DNA of 64,000 nt, from the NCBI GenBank assembly GCA_004022145.1, contig RCNU01000006.1; one strand, written 5' to 3'. The notes beneath the pieces were generated by a model that was given only the letters and a program-made list of their open reading frames with translations, did no database searches and was not told where the DNA came from. Positions within the stretch are counted from its first letter, which is position 1. Every line of letters begins with the position of its first letter. Of the stretch, positions 9,498 to 21,209 are shown one piece after another. The translations under genes and the position numbers were made by a program. Source of the stretch: Paecilomyces variotii. Taxonomy: Eukaryota.

Positions 9498-11417
9498 ATG
9501 AAGCGCTTTCCCCTACTTTGGCTGATCCATGTGGCCGGAGCACTTTCCGAGCCCTTTCAAGCCCCTTTTCAAGTCCCTCCAAGCAGCACAACCCACAGCA
9601 CAATTGCGGCGACCGCCACAGGTGTCATCAGTGACCCTTCGAAAGTTGCAAATCAGACATACGACTATGTGATTGCCGGAGGAGGTCTCACGGGTCTCAC
9701 CATCGCTGCTAAGCTCCTTGACCACCCGGATAAGTTCAATGTTCTCGTGATTGAGAGCGGATTCTATGGATCTGAATATGGTCCCATCATCGACGACCTG
9801 AACACATATGGTCAGATATTTGGCAGCAGCGTTGACCATGCCTATGAGACTAACCCCCAGATTCACAAGCGGGTCGAGATTGTCCGGTCGGGCAATGGCC
9901 TCGGAGGTTCGACTCTTATCAACGGCGGAACTTGGACTCGTCCACACGAAGACCAGGTCAATTCCTGGGAAAATGTCTTTGGAAACCATGGCTGGAATTG
10001 GAAAGGTCTGAAAAAGTACATGGACGAGATCGAAAAGCCTCGAGATCCAATGAAGGACTCAACTGTAACCCCAGGCCATCTTCACTATTATGAACCGAGC
10101 TGCCATAACTCTGATCTTGACAAGGGTAAGGTAGAGGTTGGAGCGCGAGACCGAAAGACCAAATGGTCGCCACTGATCAAGGCCCTAATGCACACAGCCC
10201 ACGAAACGACAGGTGCACCCTACCAACTAGACCTCTGTTGCGGTCGCCCGCACGGCGTGTCCATGTTCCTCAACACCCTGACCACAAAGCAGATTCGCAC
10301 GGATGCTGAGCGGTCGTGGCTGGAGCCCGTGCTCAGGAACAAGGACTTAGAAGCCCGAATTACTGTTCTGACTGGTCAGCTTGTGGGAAGAGTCAATCTC
10401 GAGCAGGATGGCTCGAAGTACAGAGCAAAGGGAGTCGAATTCGGCACCCACAGCAAGGACGGCTGGAGGTTCAACGTCACGGCGAACCAGGAAGTTCTCC
10501 TTGCTGCTGGATCAGCTATCTCCCCTCTCATTCTGCAATGGTCTGGCATTGGCCCTGCCAGTGTACTGGAGCAGCCTAAAGTCAATATCTCACAAAAGAT
10601 CGACCTCCCTGTTGGCCTCAATCTGCAAGATCAAACCACAACCTCCGTCGTCTCCCGAACCACTCCAGACGGCAATGGGCAGGGCCAAGCAGCGTACTTC
10701 GCAACCTTCGCTGAGGTATTCGGGGAGCATTCGCATTATTTCGAGGCGATGCTGAACGACAACGACACACTGCACAAATGGGCCGCCGATACCGTCGCCG
10801 GAGGCGGTTTCCACGACCAGTCTGCTCTCTTCCTCCAATACGTCAATTACCAGAATTGGCTGCTTGGCAAGAACAACGTTTCCTATGGGGAACTTTTCAT
10901 GGATACCGACAACCATATCCACTTTGACCTATGGAACTTGCTGCCCTTTGCACGGGGCTACGTCAAGATCCTCGACAACGACCCCTACCTGCGTAGCTTC
11001 GAGTATAACCCCCGCTATTTCGAAAACGAGCTCGACCTCTACGGACAGGCTGCGATGTCGAAGCTCGCGCGTAATCTGACTCGCTCCGGAGATATGGGAA
11101 GCTACTACGGCGAAGAGACGTTGCCGGGGGCGCTGTTGTCTGAGAACGCGACTTTGGAAGACTGGGCACTCTATGTGAAGCAGAACTTCCGCGCCAACTA
11201 TCACGGTATTGGTACATGCAGCATGATGAAGAAGGAACTTGGAGGTGTCGTCGATGAAACTGCTAAGGTTTATGGAGTCGACAACCTGCGCGTGGTTGAT
11301 GGCTCTATTCCCCCTACCCAGGTGTCCTCGCACGTGATGACGGTATTCTATGGTATGGCCTCGAAGATTAGTGATGAAATTGTGAAGGCCTATGAGAAGA
11401 AGAAGAAGAATAAGTAA
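9498..11417 (+). CDS. gox: Secreted glucose oxidase (GMC oxidoreductase, AA3_2)
   Basis: Intronless 639 aa ORF with an N-terminal hydrophobic signal. DYVIAGGGLTGL FAD motif, YGQIFGSSVDHAYET and RSGNGLGGSTLINGGTWTRPH closely match Aspergillus/Penicillium glucose oxidase. Catalytic His pair in FRANYHGIGT and QVSSHVMTVFY. Confidence 0.93.
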   Translation: MKRFPLLWLIHVAGALSEPFQAPFQVPPSSTTHSTIAATATGVISDPSKVANQTYDYVIAGGGLTGLTIAAKLLDHPDKFNVLVIESGFYGSEYGPIIDDLNTYGQIFGSSVDHAYETNPQIHKRVEIVRSGNGLGGSTLINGGTWTRPHEDQVNSWENVFGNHGWNWKGLKKYMDEIEKPRDPMKDSTVTPGHLHYYEPSCHNSDLDKGKVEVGARDRKTKWSPLIKALMHTAHETTGAPYQLDLCCGRPHGVSMFLNTLTTKQIRTDAERSWLEPVLRNKDLEARITVLTGQLVGRVNLEQDGSKYRAKGVEFGTHSKDGWRFNVTANQEVLLAAGSAISPLILQWSGIGPASVLEQPKVNISQKIDLPVGLNLQDQTTTSVVSRTTPDGNGQGQAAYFATFAEVFGEHSHYFEAMLNDNDTLHKWAADTVAGGGFHDQSALFLQYVNYQNWLLGKNNVSYGELFMDTDNHIHFDLWNLLPFARGYVKILDNDPYLRSFEYNPRYFENELDLYGQAAMSKLARNLTRSGDMGSYYGEETLPGALLSENATLEDWALYVKQNFRANYHGIGTCSMMKKELGGVVDETAKVYGVDNLRVVDGSIPPTQVSSHVMTVFYGMASKISDEIVKAYEKKKKNK

Positions 11418-11904
11418 GCGCATAGAGCAGTATTTCGCGGAATTTGCTAACATCAGGTTACAGAAAACCACCTCACAGCCAACCGCTGGCGTGGGCTGAC
11501 TTGAGATAAATTCAAACGGCAAAATGGCGGATGGTACTAGCCATAGCCATTATTAGTTAACTGATTGGTTATGCGTCATTTATTTTCCTCGTCTATTGCA
11601 GTCATCCTTGTAGGGGTTGAGACATTATGAGATTGGGACTCAAATTCTTACCACATTTCCAGACTGGTAAAGTAGATTTTGGTGCCCCTAGGGGCTCCAG
11701 TATGTATTTAACTAGTCGACTCAATCAAGCATCTTCAGCATCTCTGAGAGCAGACACTTATCGCTTTCTTACCGCAGACCAACGTTCTCGAAGTCCTCAG
11801 AGACTATGCCTAGTACGGCTGCTATTGGTTACTGCCCCCAAGAAAAGGGATACAGAGAAGGACTAACTGTAATATGGATAACGTGTTTGTACAAGCCTGG
11901 AGTT

Positions 11905-12010
11905 ACACCGTAAACGGTCGCAGAGATCGTTTAGCATCGTCTCAGTTATCATTCTTGGTCGACCGCTATAAGTATAGGGGGGCTCAAACATCTCCGAATA
12001 GTCGCAGGTG
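11905..12010 (-). mobile_element. Degenerate Tc1/IS630-like transposase fragment
   Basis: Translation MFEPPYTYSGRPRMITETMLNDLCDRL resembles the GRPR..IT..ML..LC..L linker of fungal Tc1/mariner transposases. No DDE domain visible. Confidence 0.45.
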
Positions 12011-12219
12011 GGAGACGCGTAAGTAGCCGCCCTGCCACCGAGACTCTCTGATTGCAATAAACCAGCTTTCCCAAGGACCGCTCCTTGTCGCAGGATAAAC
12101 ATAATATTAGCTACCTTCATTCACACAGCTGCAAATGATAAAGGTACCTATCAATAGCAGGACCAGAATAAATGGCGTCATTAGAAATTTGCTTTCCATG
12201 TTTACTAGTAAACTGTTAG

Positions 12220-12572
12220 AACATGTAGTATAGGTGGTATTTTAAATTTAAAGATGTTATAAATTTCACAGAATTAAAATATTTGAATTTCAAGAAAAAA
12301 AAAAGTATCTGAAACTTTGAAATTTTACCTATTAATAGTATTTACCTATTAGTTATTTTACCCAAAAAATGAATAAATGAAAAATCTTAACTACATAGTT
12401 ACTAACTAATTCTTACTAGTTTATGTCCCCACTTAATTTCCTTATCTACAGCGCGCCCCATATATAGTCTGTGCATTTTAAATTTCGCAATGAAAAAAAA
12501 AGGGTAGAATTCCAGTATTTCATAAAAGAAAAAGAAAAAATCTAAATTTCACTAGTTACCCTTAACATGTAG
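12220..12572. mobile_element. AT-rich insertion bounded by a 9-bp direct repeat (possible Mutator-like non-autonomous relic)
   Basis: AACATGTAG at 12220-12228 and 12564-12572 brackets a very AT-rich tract. Terminal inverted similarity is only loose. Confidence 0.4.
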
Positions 12573-13101
12573 ACTCTGAAGCTTTTCCCGATATAGAAGG
12601 ATGTAAGAGATTCCATCCATTTAGCTTAATCCTAAGCTTTTCGTCGCAGAACGCTTGTTTTTAGGCTGATTTTAAACCATAAAGAACCCGTTTTTCTCGA
12701 ACATAAAAGCAATGGCTTACAATTAGTCTCCGTTCTTCTATACTAGTTAGTAACTGTCTTCTCTATACGGCCGCAGCGGTCAAAGTTACCTATAATGTTG
12801 TCCAAAGGCTAATAGCAATAGAAGAAGTGCAATCCTCAACCTTCTATCGCTTATTTGGAGGGATGCATCAGTAAAAGACTAAGCAGCAAAGTCATGGTTG
12901 CTATCGGTAGCTCCTTGCGCCACAGATGGAAGATCATCTTCCTCCAGTGGGGCGTTAATGTTGTAACTACTATTGAGAAATCTTTCAATAATCCGATATC
13001 GCGCTAATTTACATCTCAAATGTCCTTGTATGAATGAACACCATTCTTTCGCACAATTACACGGATCAGCTCACTACCAAGCAGTAGCCCATAATGCATA
13101 C

Positions 13102-13911
13102 TTATATTCTCCATGAGATGAAATACCGAAGTTTTGCCAGGCAACCGTTGCCTGTAGTATATGATGAGCAAGACTGGATGCTCTCGGCATGTTGGAAAAG
13201 GGACGAAAGTTTGGAAAAACCCCTTTCGCAACCAGGACACATGTATAACCACCCTCCGTTCTCAAGGTCGCGGCGATACTTTCTGCTCTGATAGCATGCT
13301 CGCGCTAGATCGTCGATCTCGCCCTCTATAGTACCGGAAATGCAAGATCCAGATTCCAAATGTATCAGCATTCCTGAGAAAGTCTTGAATACCTGCTCGC
13401 AACCGTAGCGGTCATGACCGTAACATTCTAAGTCCCGAGGCGTGTGGCGTTGTTTATGCTGTCAGAGTATATCAGTATTTGTCTATCAAATCTCGGTTGA
13501 CCAAAGTACCATTTCCAGATTATTTCTGTTTTGAAAGAATTGACCACAGTCGACGCAGAGGTTATGCTGTTCTACATTATGGTCTCGTAGTTCGTCGCTG
13601 GAGCAGTGGTATATTCCACAAGGTCGACAAAGGTGGTGATCGCTCACGCGATGCGTCTGAAGTTGATCATACGATATGAAATCAAGCGGTACAGGACATT
13701 TCCAGCAAACATTATGAGCCGCTGAGTCTCGAATATGAGCAGCTTTTGCTGATGGTGTAGAGAAATATCGACGACACCTTGCGCACCATTCGTGTCGACT
13801 GGAGGATTTGCGGTGACAGTCAAGGGCATATTGCGAGTTGAAGAACCTCTGACAAGGGGGGCACCAATAATAATCGTCATCGCCATAGCTAGAATCAGAC
13901 CATAGGCTCAT
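13102..13911 (-). CDS. Multi-C2H2 zinc-finger protein (~252 aa)
   Basis: Exons 13911-13510 and 13458-13102 (GTACTT..CTGACAG intron). Repeated CxxC-x3-F-x8-H-x3-5-H units, ending in HLESGSC and YMCPGCERGFSKLSSLFQHAES. Confidence 0.85.
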
Positions 13912-14038
13912 GTTGAACAAGGCTGGGGTGTTGGGCCTTTTTACGGACAGTCAGGAGATAAAAGAAGCTATTTATCTATTCCGAGAGTTAGGAACTGAGC
14001 TCCACTGTTTAGGCTCCACACGTGAATTTCATTGCCTA

Positions 14039-14294
14039 CAGTAAATCCTATTGGTACCTATAACAAACCTAGTCCACCCCACCTAGTCTATCCAATGGGA
14101 TTCGGTAAAATATTGGTTTTAACATGGTATAGCCAATATTTTACTCTCCTTATGCCTATACAAAATTTATTATAGCAAAGTATGTCAATCTAATTAGCTG
14201 ATTTTATGCGCTATACTATTTTAGATTAATAAATTCTCGTTATAATAAATAAATATTCGGGTCTAGTTTAATTTGTTATAGCCAGGAATTACTG
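14039..14294. mobile_element. Tc1/mariner-pogo-type MITE (~256 bp) with TA target-site duplication
   Basis: Left end TA|CAGTAAATCCT..CTATAACAAA; right end reverse-complemented TA|CAGTAATTCCTGGCTATAACAAA. AT-rich interior with the hairpin GTAAAATATTGG..CCAATATTTTAC (14105-14144). Confidence 0.75.
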
Positions 14295-14780
14295 TAATAG
14301 ATTATATAGTATAAATTATTAAAACAAGGGTAGCTTAACTATAACCCCAGTTGAGTTATGTCAGATCCCGCGGCTGCGTTCCGCTGCTGTATTCCCTATA
14401 CAAACCGGATAGTTAGCAGCTGCAACGGGAAGCTACCTAGATTGACCTGCATGGAATCAATAAAGACGGGAGTGGAACCATGGAACAGTTTAATTAGATG
14501 TTCAGCTCAGCTCAGAACAGCCGAGGCATTGGGATAGAGTCGAGGAGCATAAATAAGTAGCTGATATCTAGATTCCGGTGTCAATTGGTTCTTCAAGCAA
14601 TCCAGAGATCATTCCCTTTTCATATAAAAAAAAAAAAATCTTGCTTCCGTGATCCTAGATCCTCACAAGTTAAGCTCGAGAATTCATGAGTTCATTCGCA
14701 AATCTTAAAACCATATCCTTGCTCTCGTAGGATCTGGAAAGATGAATGATGGAACGCTTGATTCGATGTATATATATACT

Positions 14781-14815
14781 TATGTATGTATGTATGTATG
14801 TATGTATGTATGTAC
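14781..14815. repeat. (TATG)n microsatellite
   Basis: Tandem TATG units just downstream of the Zn2Cys6 gene stop. Confidence 0.9.
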
Positions 14816-14823
14816 ATATTCTG

Positions 14824-16433
14824 CTACCACAGAATAGACCGCGTCTCAGAATACCAGTTTCCATCAACCCCATCCGGCTTCGATAGCAGTAGAAATCGAA
14901 CACCATTACCAGTCGCCTCTTCAGGAATAAGTACTTCGTAAACACGGCACGTACTCGCTGGTAAACCCCGCATTTCAACCGGAAGCGATAATTGCTTCTC
15001 TTCTTCCATCACCATAACAAACTCCGCAACCTTCGCATATAATATTCCATCCCACATTCCTTCTCGTCTGTGGTAGCTGGAAATTAAATTAATCGCTTTT
15101 CTCCGCAATATGGGCTCGCGGCATTTGAGCGCCGTGTAATACAGAGGTGATATGATTCCCATCTCCCCACAGAAGATACCGCAGGAGTCGTTAGATTCTT
15201 TCTTCTGATGATTGGTCGTTTCATCGTTTATGAACGTGGTGGCGATGGAGATGATCTCTTCGAAGTCAGAAATGTGGTTGTCGAATACCATCTCGTCCGG
15301 TGATAGGCATGTCTTCAGCCATATTCGCGCGACGAGGTATTGCACTTTCAATATAAGAGGTCCTCGAGAGTCAGATCGTTTGATGCGTTTACTCCTCGTC
15401 AGCCTTTCAAATTGACGCGACCAATTGTCTAGTGCGGTTGTGATGTGGGTTTGTTCTCCTAGGAGTTCCGTTGTCGTCAGACTGCAGTCTTGTCCGCTCT
15501 TCGTAAGACGAATGAATTTCAATGCTCTCTCTGTCAGTGAATCTAACAATACTCTTGCTTCTGAAGTTGTTGAAAATGAAGCTCTGCAGGAGGAGGAATC
15601 CTGGTTTCCTTGTGGAGTATTGAGCGTCATCAGCGGGCGACCAAAGAGCGACTTCTGGATGTTCAAGCGGACGAACAATTCAACCAGTTCTTTATCCACT
15701 GCATCCAAGATACCTCTCCTCTTCAAGTCAGTTATTATCTTTAGCCCCGCTTCGACATGATTGAGTGCTTGGGAAGTTTCCTCGCATGATTTCCAGGAAC
15801 ATGAATAAACAGCATGTAATAAGTGTTGGTTCCACTCTTCCTCCAGTTGGTGATGAGGAATGGGTGATCAAGTGGTGGATGGCCTTGTTGTATTGCTCCA
15901 GTACGAATTTCTCATTTCGCTGCGTTTTCGAGACAGTAGACTGCTGTACAGAGGAAGCAGCAAAGATACGTTGCTCATGAGTGGCACTCACGGCAATGAT
16001 GGCGTGTCTTACAGCTGGCTCCCAAAAGCTCAGCCGAGGCAGCACGCGGCACCAGAATTCTGACGCAAAGAACCCTGCTATAGCCTGGGAGGTCTGGGTG
16101 CAGAAGAGTTCTGCATATTGGCGTTCCTCCCTTGTGCCCGGACGGAGAACCAGACGGCTGTCAGGACTGATACGGGGAGCTGGAGTGTGGTATGTTGATC
16201 TAGGCTTGCCGCTCTTGCTCTGCGTAGGACGGCATTCGTCGTTGTAGCCATCACACGTTCGCTTTGAGCTCCTACATCGACGGCACGCGGGTTTCTCTTC
16301 GTCACATTTAACACGTCGAATCCTACGGATATTGTCAGCTATCTCGCATGAATTGTGAACGATTATCTAACTTGCAAGTGATACACCCTGTCTTTACTTT
16401 GGGCATAAAAGCCCGTTTTTTAGTACTATTCAT
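14824..16433 (-). pseudogene. Zn(II)2Cys6 transcription factor with an internal frameshift (pseudogene or assembly error)
   Basis: ATG 16433 and one intron give KTGCITCKIRRVKCDEEKPACRRCRSSKRTCDGY. The frame breaks near 15771 (EIMRGNF / QALNHVEAGLKII) with no intron signals. C-terminal PLYYTALKCREPILRRKAI..RREGMWDG is typical of this regulator class. Confidence 0.75.
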
Positions 16434-17522
16434 TGAGGGGATGCCTCGATGGCACCAGTCTGTCCTGGTGAGAAAAGAAAAAAAAAAAAAAAAAAAAAAA
16501 AAAGATACTACGAAATTTAGAAATATCGCTGAGATAGAATGATAAGCGTCGTATGGTCTGAGAGATTGCAGAAATAATTATTAGGATCGACTCTGAAATC
16601 CAAAAATAAACCATCGTCCATTGCGGCACTAGCACAAGAGGTTCTGGGGGCCTAAAGGCTTGGACCATTCGCAGAGGAGATAAAAGGCGGACTCGTGGAA
16701 AGCAGCAGGTGGCCTTACATCCAGAGACCACGCTGGCCAGTGAGGGGCTCGCAATGTCTAAACCACCAACATGCTGTGGGATTCCTGTAGCTATACGCTG
16801 GTCGAGGAGAGAAAGTGGGCGTCTGTCCAAATCCATGTGTATTTCACGTCGTAGAATTTCAGGAAGCGTTGTCGTCAGCCTGGATACGTTCAAGGATACT
16901 TAGTTATACCAGGGGTTCTATTTCCAGGGCAAACGATGTTTATAATGAACTAGATAGGTAGTGAACCATGAAATGCCTGTTTGAGCAATTTGCCAATGAG
17001 GATATGATTGATAAGAATTTTATGTATATGCGACCTTCTGAACGACAGGTCAAGCAACAAACACCGTTCTGGTATCACCAACTTGATTCAACATAATTGC
17101 CGTCTATCTACACATAGCCGCCCTCCGTTTCGCCCTGTCCAGCCGGGATGGCATTCAGTTTATACTCTAGATACAGGAAGTTTCATCTATACAACACGCC
17201 GCCAACGCCCTCGACGTCACGAGACGCATAAGTATGCGGAGGTAAACATAAAAAGAGGATAAGATGGCCAAGACCGTGGACGGTAGGCAAGGAGAAAATC
17301 AAAATTAACGGACGAGAGCGAAGAGAAGAAAAAAAAAAGCAAACTCTGTCCGGTTAGTCGCGTAGAGTATTCCAATGGTAAGAAAAAGGGAAGCCATGAT
17401 CCATAATCCATGACGCATATGAGCATGGTTCATCTCATCTCTGCCATTTGTTTCGGCTTGCGGGATATCGACTCCCTGTGGGTATCGTTCATCTTCAACT
17501 CAGAAGTTGCTAAGCAACACAC

Positions 17523-19736
17523 CTATTTTTGTTCGACTTTGGCTGGTTCTGCAGAGCTTTCAGAAGACGGAGCTGGCGTCTCACTATTTCTCGGTGTCTC
17601 TGTCTTCGTCTCAGGGACAGCAGCAGATGCGGCAGCTTCTGGCTCTGATTCGGCAGGTGTGCCACGGAGCTTTGATTCAGCTACCTTCAGCTTCTGCTGC
17701 GTGTCTTCCAGCTCCTGCTTCAGTGCTTTGATGTAGTCAATGGCCATTTCAACCGTGCTGGCCTTGCTGATCGTCTGGTTGCCACCCTTCTCCTTTTCTG
17801 TATTCTTCGGACCACCGCTAGGACTGTCTTTAGCCCTCGCTTGCGCGAATCCGGGAGGGAGCAAGGCCTCGATCTCTTTCAGGGCAGTGTTGATTCTATT
17901 TCGTCGGCCCTGTTCTGCGAGCTTGTGATTGGTACGCTTGGAACTGAGATTTTCGGCTAGCGTCTCTGGATAAGACACTCCTGGAAGAAGAGTGCCATCC
18001 AGGATATGCTGATAATTAGACTTGGACGCTAAATATAGTGCAGATGTCTCTGTGGATACTCCTGAGGCGACAGTTAGCATTGCCTCTCAAAACATGGTCA
18101 GATATTGAGCACTTACCACCATCACCACGGACCAGTGGCTGGATACTGGGACTGATCCTCGGCCGCAATGCCGGACTGATCTGCGAGCTGACACTCTGGC
18201 GTTTTCTGATGCCAGCCTTGGGGTCCGGCTTTCTCCCCACTGGTCCACTGGGAGATGGCATCGGACCGGTCCGCGGGCTCGGGGCGACAGAGACAGAAGA
18301 AGCTCTGTCCACGACCGACCGGGGCTCTAACGACGGGGTCTTCTTGGCAGACGTCGTGGGAGTGTGTTCACCGCTACGCATAGCAGTCTGAATGCGAGTC
18401 AGACTTGGCCTGTTATCTGCGGCAGCATCAGGAAGCTGGACATCTTCCATAATATCATCCTGCTGACCGCCGCTGGGGACCAAGCTCGCCTGGCCCGTAA
18501 ACCGGCCGGTTGGATCCTGGGTATGCTGAGCTTTGTGAATACGCATGAGCGTGGCCGGCGTGACAACTGCACCGCTCTTCGGACCCGATGTCTGCGGCTC
18601 GATTACAGGCGACTTGCGATTTTGAGGGAGCGCCGGAGGAGGCATCAACGGCTCCGAGAGAGGCTCGGGGGACACAGAGTCCTGAGAGCTTTCGGTGCTT
18701 CCAAAACGCAGATTACTGCCTCCATTGATGGGCGCACGGGCGTCTTGGTTGAGCGCATTGGAGATTTCCTCCGATTGCAGTTGACTGCTAAGAGCCTGCT
18801 TTCTCCGCGTCTGCGCGCGTACGACGGGAGACTGCTTGCCTGCGCGACCGGTCACTCGCGTAGTAGCCGAGGGACGGCGTCGTTGCTTCCTCTGCAATCC
18901 AGGGGATGCGGGGGTTGAGACAGGCACCCCATTGGCGTCGACGGGGGAGTGTAGGTATCCCATGTCCGAGGCCTGGGTCGTCTGGAACGGGTACCCAGAA
19001 CTGGAGCCTCGCGCCTCGAGAGCGGGCGAGGTCAGCGGGGTGAAGTACTCGCCTGGGATGGTATACTCGGGCAACCGAAATTGAGTCTCGAGCGGGGTCA
19101 TAGCTGGCGAGATCAGGGGGGTATAGAAAGCCTGTTACGAGTTAGTACTCGAGTTCTGCCTGTCCGCGATATACATCTTGTTGGCCGTCCTACCTGTTCA
19201 TCGTTGACACGACCGTAGCGACCATACATCTCCGCATTCTCTTCCACCCGCTGGGGATACCTGACGGCACCGCCATGGAGCTCGATACTGTTGGGGGTCG
19301 GAGGAACCATTGGCTGACCGGGAGCATAGCCATGGTGCTGAGGATGCTGGTGCGACGATTGGCGACGTAGCTGGTGTTGCTCCTGGAAGAAGTCGTTATC
19401 GACATTCATGCCGTTGTACGGCTGGGAGACCTGGCCCTGGCCCTGCTGGGACAGGTCCATGGGCAGATCGCCCATCATGTGATTGTACTGTGAAGATTGA
19501 CCCTGCGCGTCTGTCTCCATGCGGTTCATGCCGTCGTCGGGCATCGTGGTCGTAATGGCATGGTTGGATCCGTGGAGGGAGCGCTCCGGCTGAGCGGAAG
19601 CATGGCCGTCGAGGTCGGGGAAATTGATGCCAAACTCGAGGAAGTTGGAGAACTCATCTCCGCCGGTCGCAGAGACGAGCGATTCGTCCTGCATCTGGTC
19701 CTGCCACGACATTGTGGTATCTTGATTCATTGCCAT
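17523..19736 (-). CDS. palcA: Phosphate-acquisition bHLH transcription factor (Pho4/NUC-1/PalcA orthologue)
   Basis: C-terminal bHLH SKRTNHKLAEQGRRNRINTALKEI..SKASTVEMAIDYIKAL; conserved PGEYFTPLTSPAL and ASKSNYQHILDG blocks; many SP/TP sites; two introns (~19190-19131, ~18117-18071). Confidence 0.88.
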
Positions 19737-21209
19737 CACGGTGATCGTCTTCTAGACAGACGCAATTCTCGATGAGGGATGTCCTTTTTTTTTGAAATTT
19801 TTTATGATCTTGGCGTCGTCCAGTTCTAATCGCTATCTATCGTCGAGGCGCAAGCTGAGGGGGCCGCAGGTGGCTGCGGCTTCGGCAATGAGGAATTAAC
19901 ACGACCACTGGATGTTCATGGCGCAGCCCACCATCACACACACGCAACGAGAGATGAATTTGTAGAGACGAGGTCGTGGTGAGGGAAACGAAGGTTGTGG
20001 GAGAGAAGAGACGAGACGAGAGCTGTTCGATTCCCTCCGTTCGGGTGTCCCGACTTGGCGCAGCAGTCGGGGGGGATCGGGCTGGCTAGATGGGACGGAC
20101 CAGAAATGAGCAGAGCCAGTAATAGTGGCCGGCAATGCGACTCTGCAAAAAGCCTCGTTATGGCGTCGTTAGTGCAATAATAAGAATCCATGGGATGGTT
20201 GCCAGTAGTACGTAGTACCACTTCGCTAAACTAAAGCGGTGGCATCTCTAGAAAAAAAAATGTACATACTAATTATTATTAAGGACGCCCGCTTGCTGGA
20301 GCTTTCCCTCGTGCGGGGTGTAGGCTAGAATAGCCTCTAGTTAACTACGGAGCATACTCGTTCTGCATTGATTTTCGCTTCTATTCTAGGTGGTGTCCTT
20401 TTTGCTCTACTCTACTCTAGACTATTACTCTCTACTCTGCTCTGCTCTATAATAATAATAATTAATTATCACATCGTCCTCTTTGCAGCCAATTGACGCC
20501 TTTTTTTCCCGTTCCGATGGGGAAACTTTCCTGTTTGGGCCACACCCCTCTCGGCGATACAGTATCCCCGATCCTCCGGCTGAGCCGTCCAAATGCGGTA
20601 TCGCGTATTGCCCGATAGATAAACCGAGATAGATACGGTGATAAGGATGGGCGTTGGGATAAGTACTCACGGATTTAATTCACCTAAATTAAATTAAATT
20701 AACTCTCCTCGTCTCATCTCGAAGGTCTGTGGAAAGTAAAATTCATTAAATAAGGATTTCTCAATCAACACAAGTAATATGGCTTTTTATTTTATTTTAT
20801 TAATTAATCAATAGCTTAATGGTGTAACTAGTCAGTTTGGGGCCAAACGCGTTGATGAAGAGGCATCTATCTCTATGTTAGGTACTCCGTAAATCCTCGT
20901 CAAAACAAGTCGAGTAGTTAGTTCGTGAAACGAGCTGAGATCGAGATCCTCCGCGTCAAACTCACCCTGTAGATGATTCTAATTCCTCGACACTGGTCTG
21001 GAATTCCATCCTGGCGACGGCCGACAGTTCCTGAGCTGCCAAGCGGGTGTCTGTCGCCGGCTTGACTCCGCGGGGTTGGGCTGACGACTCCCAGTGACAT
21101 ACTTACATGACCCTCCATCATCAGACCAGCCCGATACTTACTATCGATCGTCTTCACTTCTCTCTCCTCCTCCTCGGTATTCCCGGTTTGCCTTCTCTCG
21201 TCTGGCACC

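Noticed and set aside
14019-14024. CACGTG (Pho4-type E-box) upstream of the C2H2 gene; others near 30141 and 38621
   Set aside because: Isolated hexamers are expected by chance in 64 kb.
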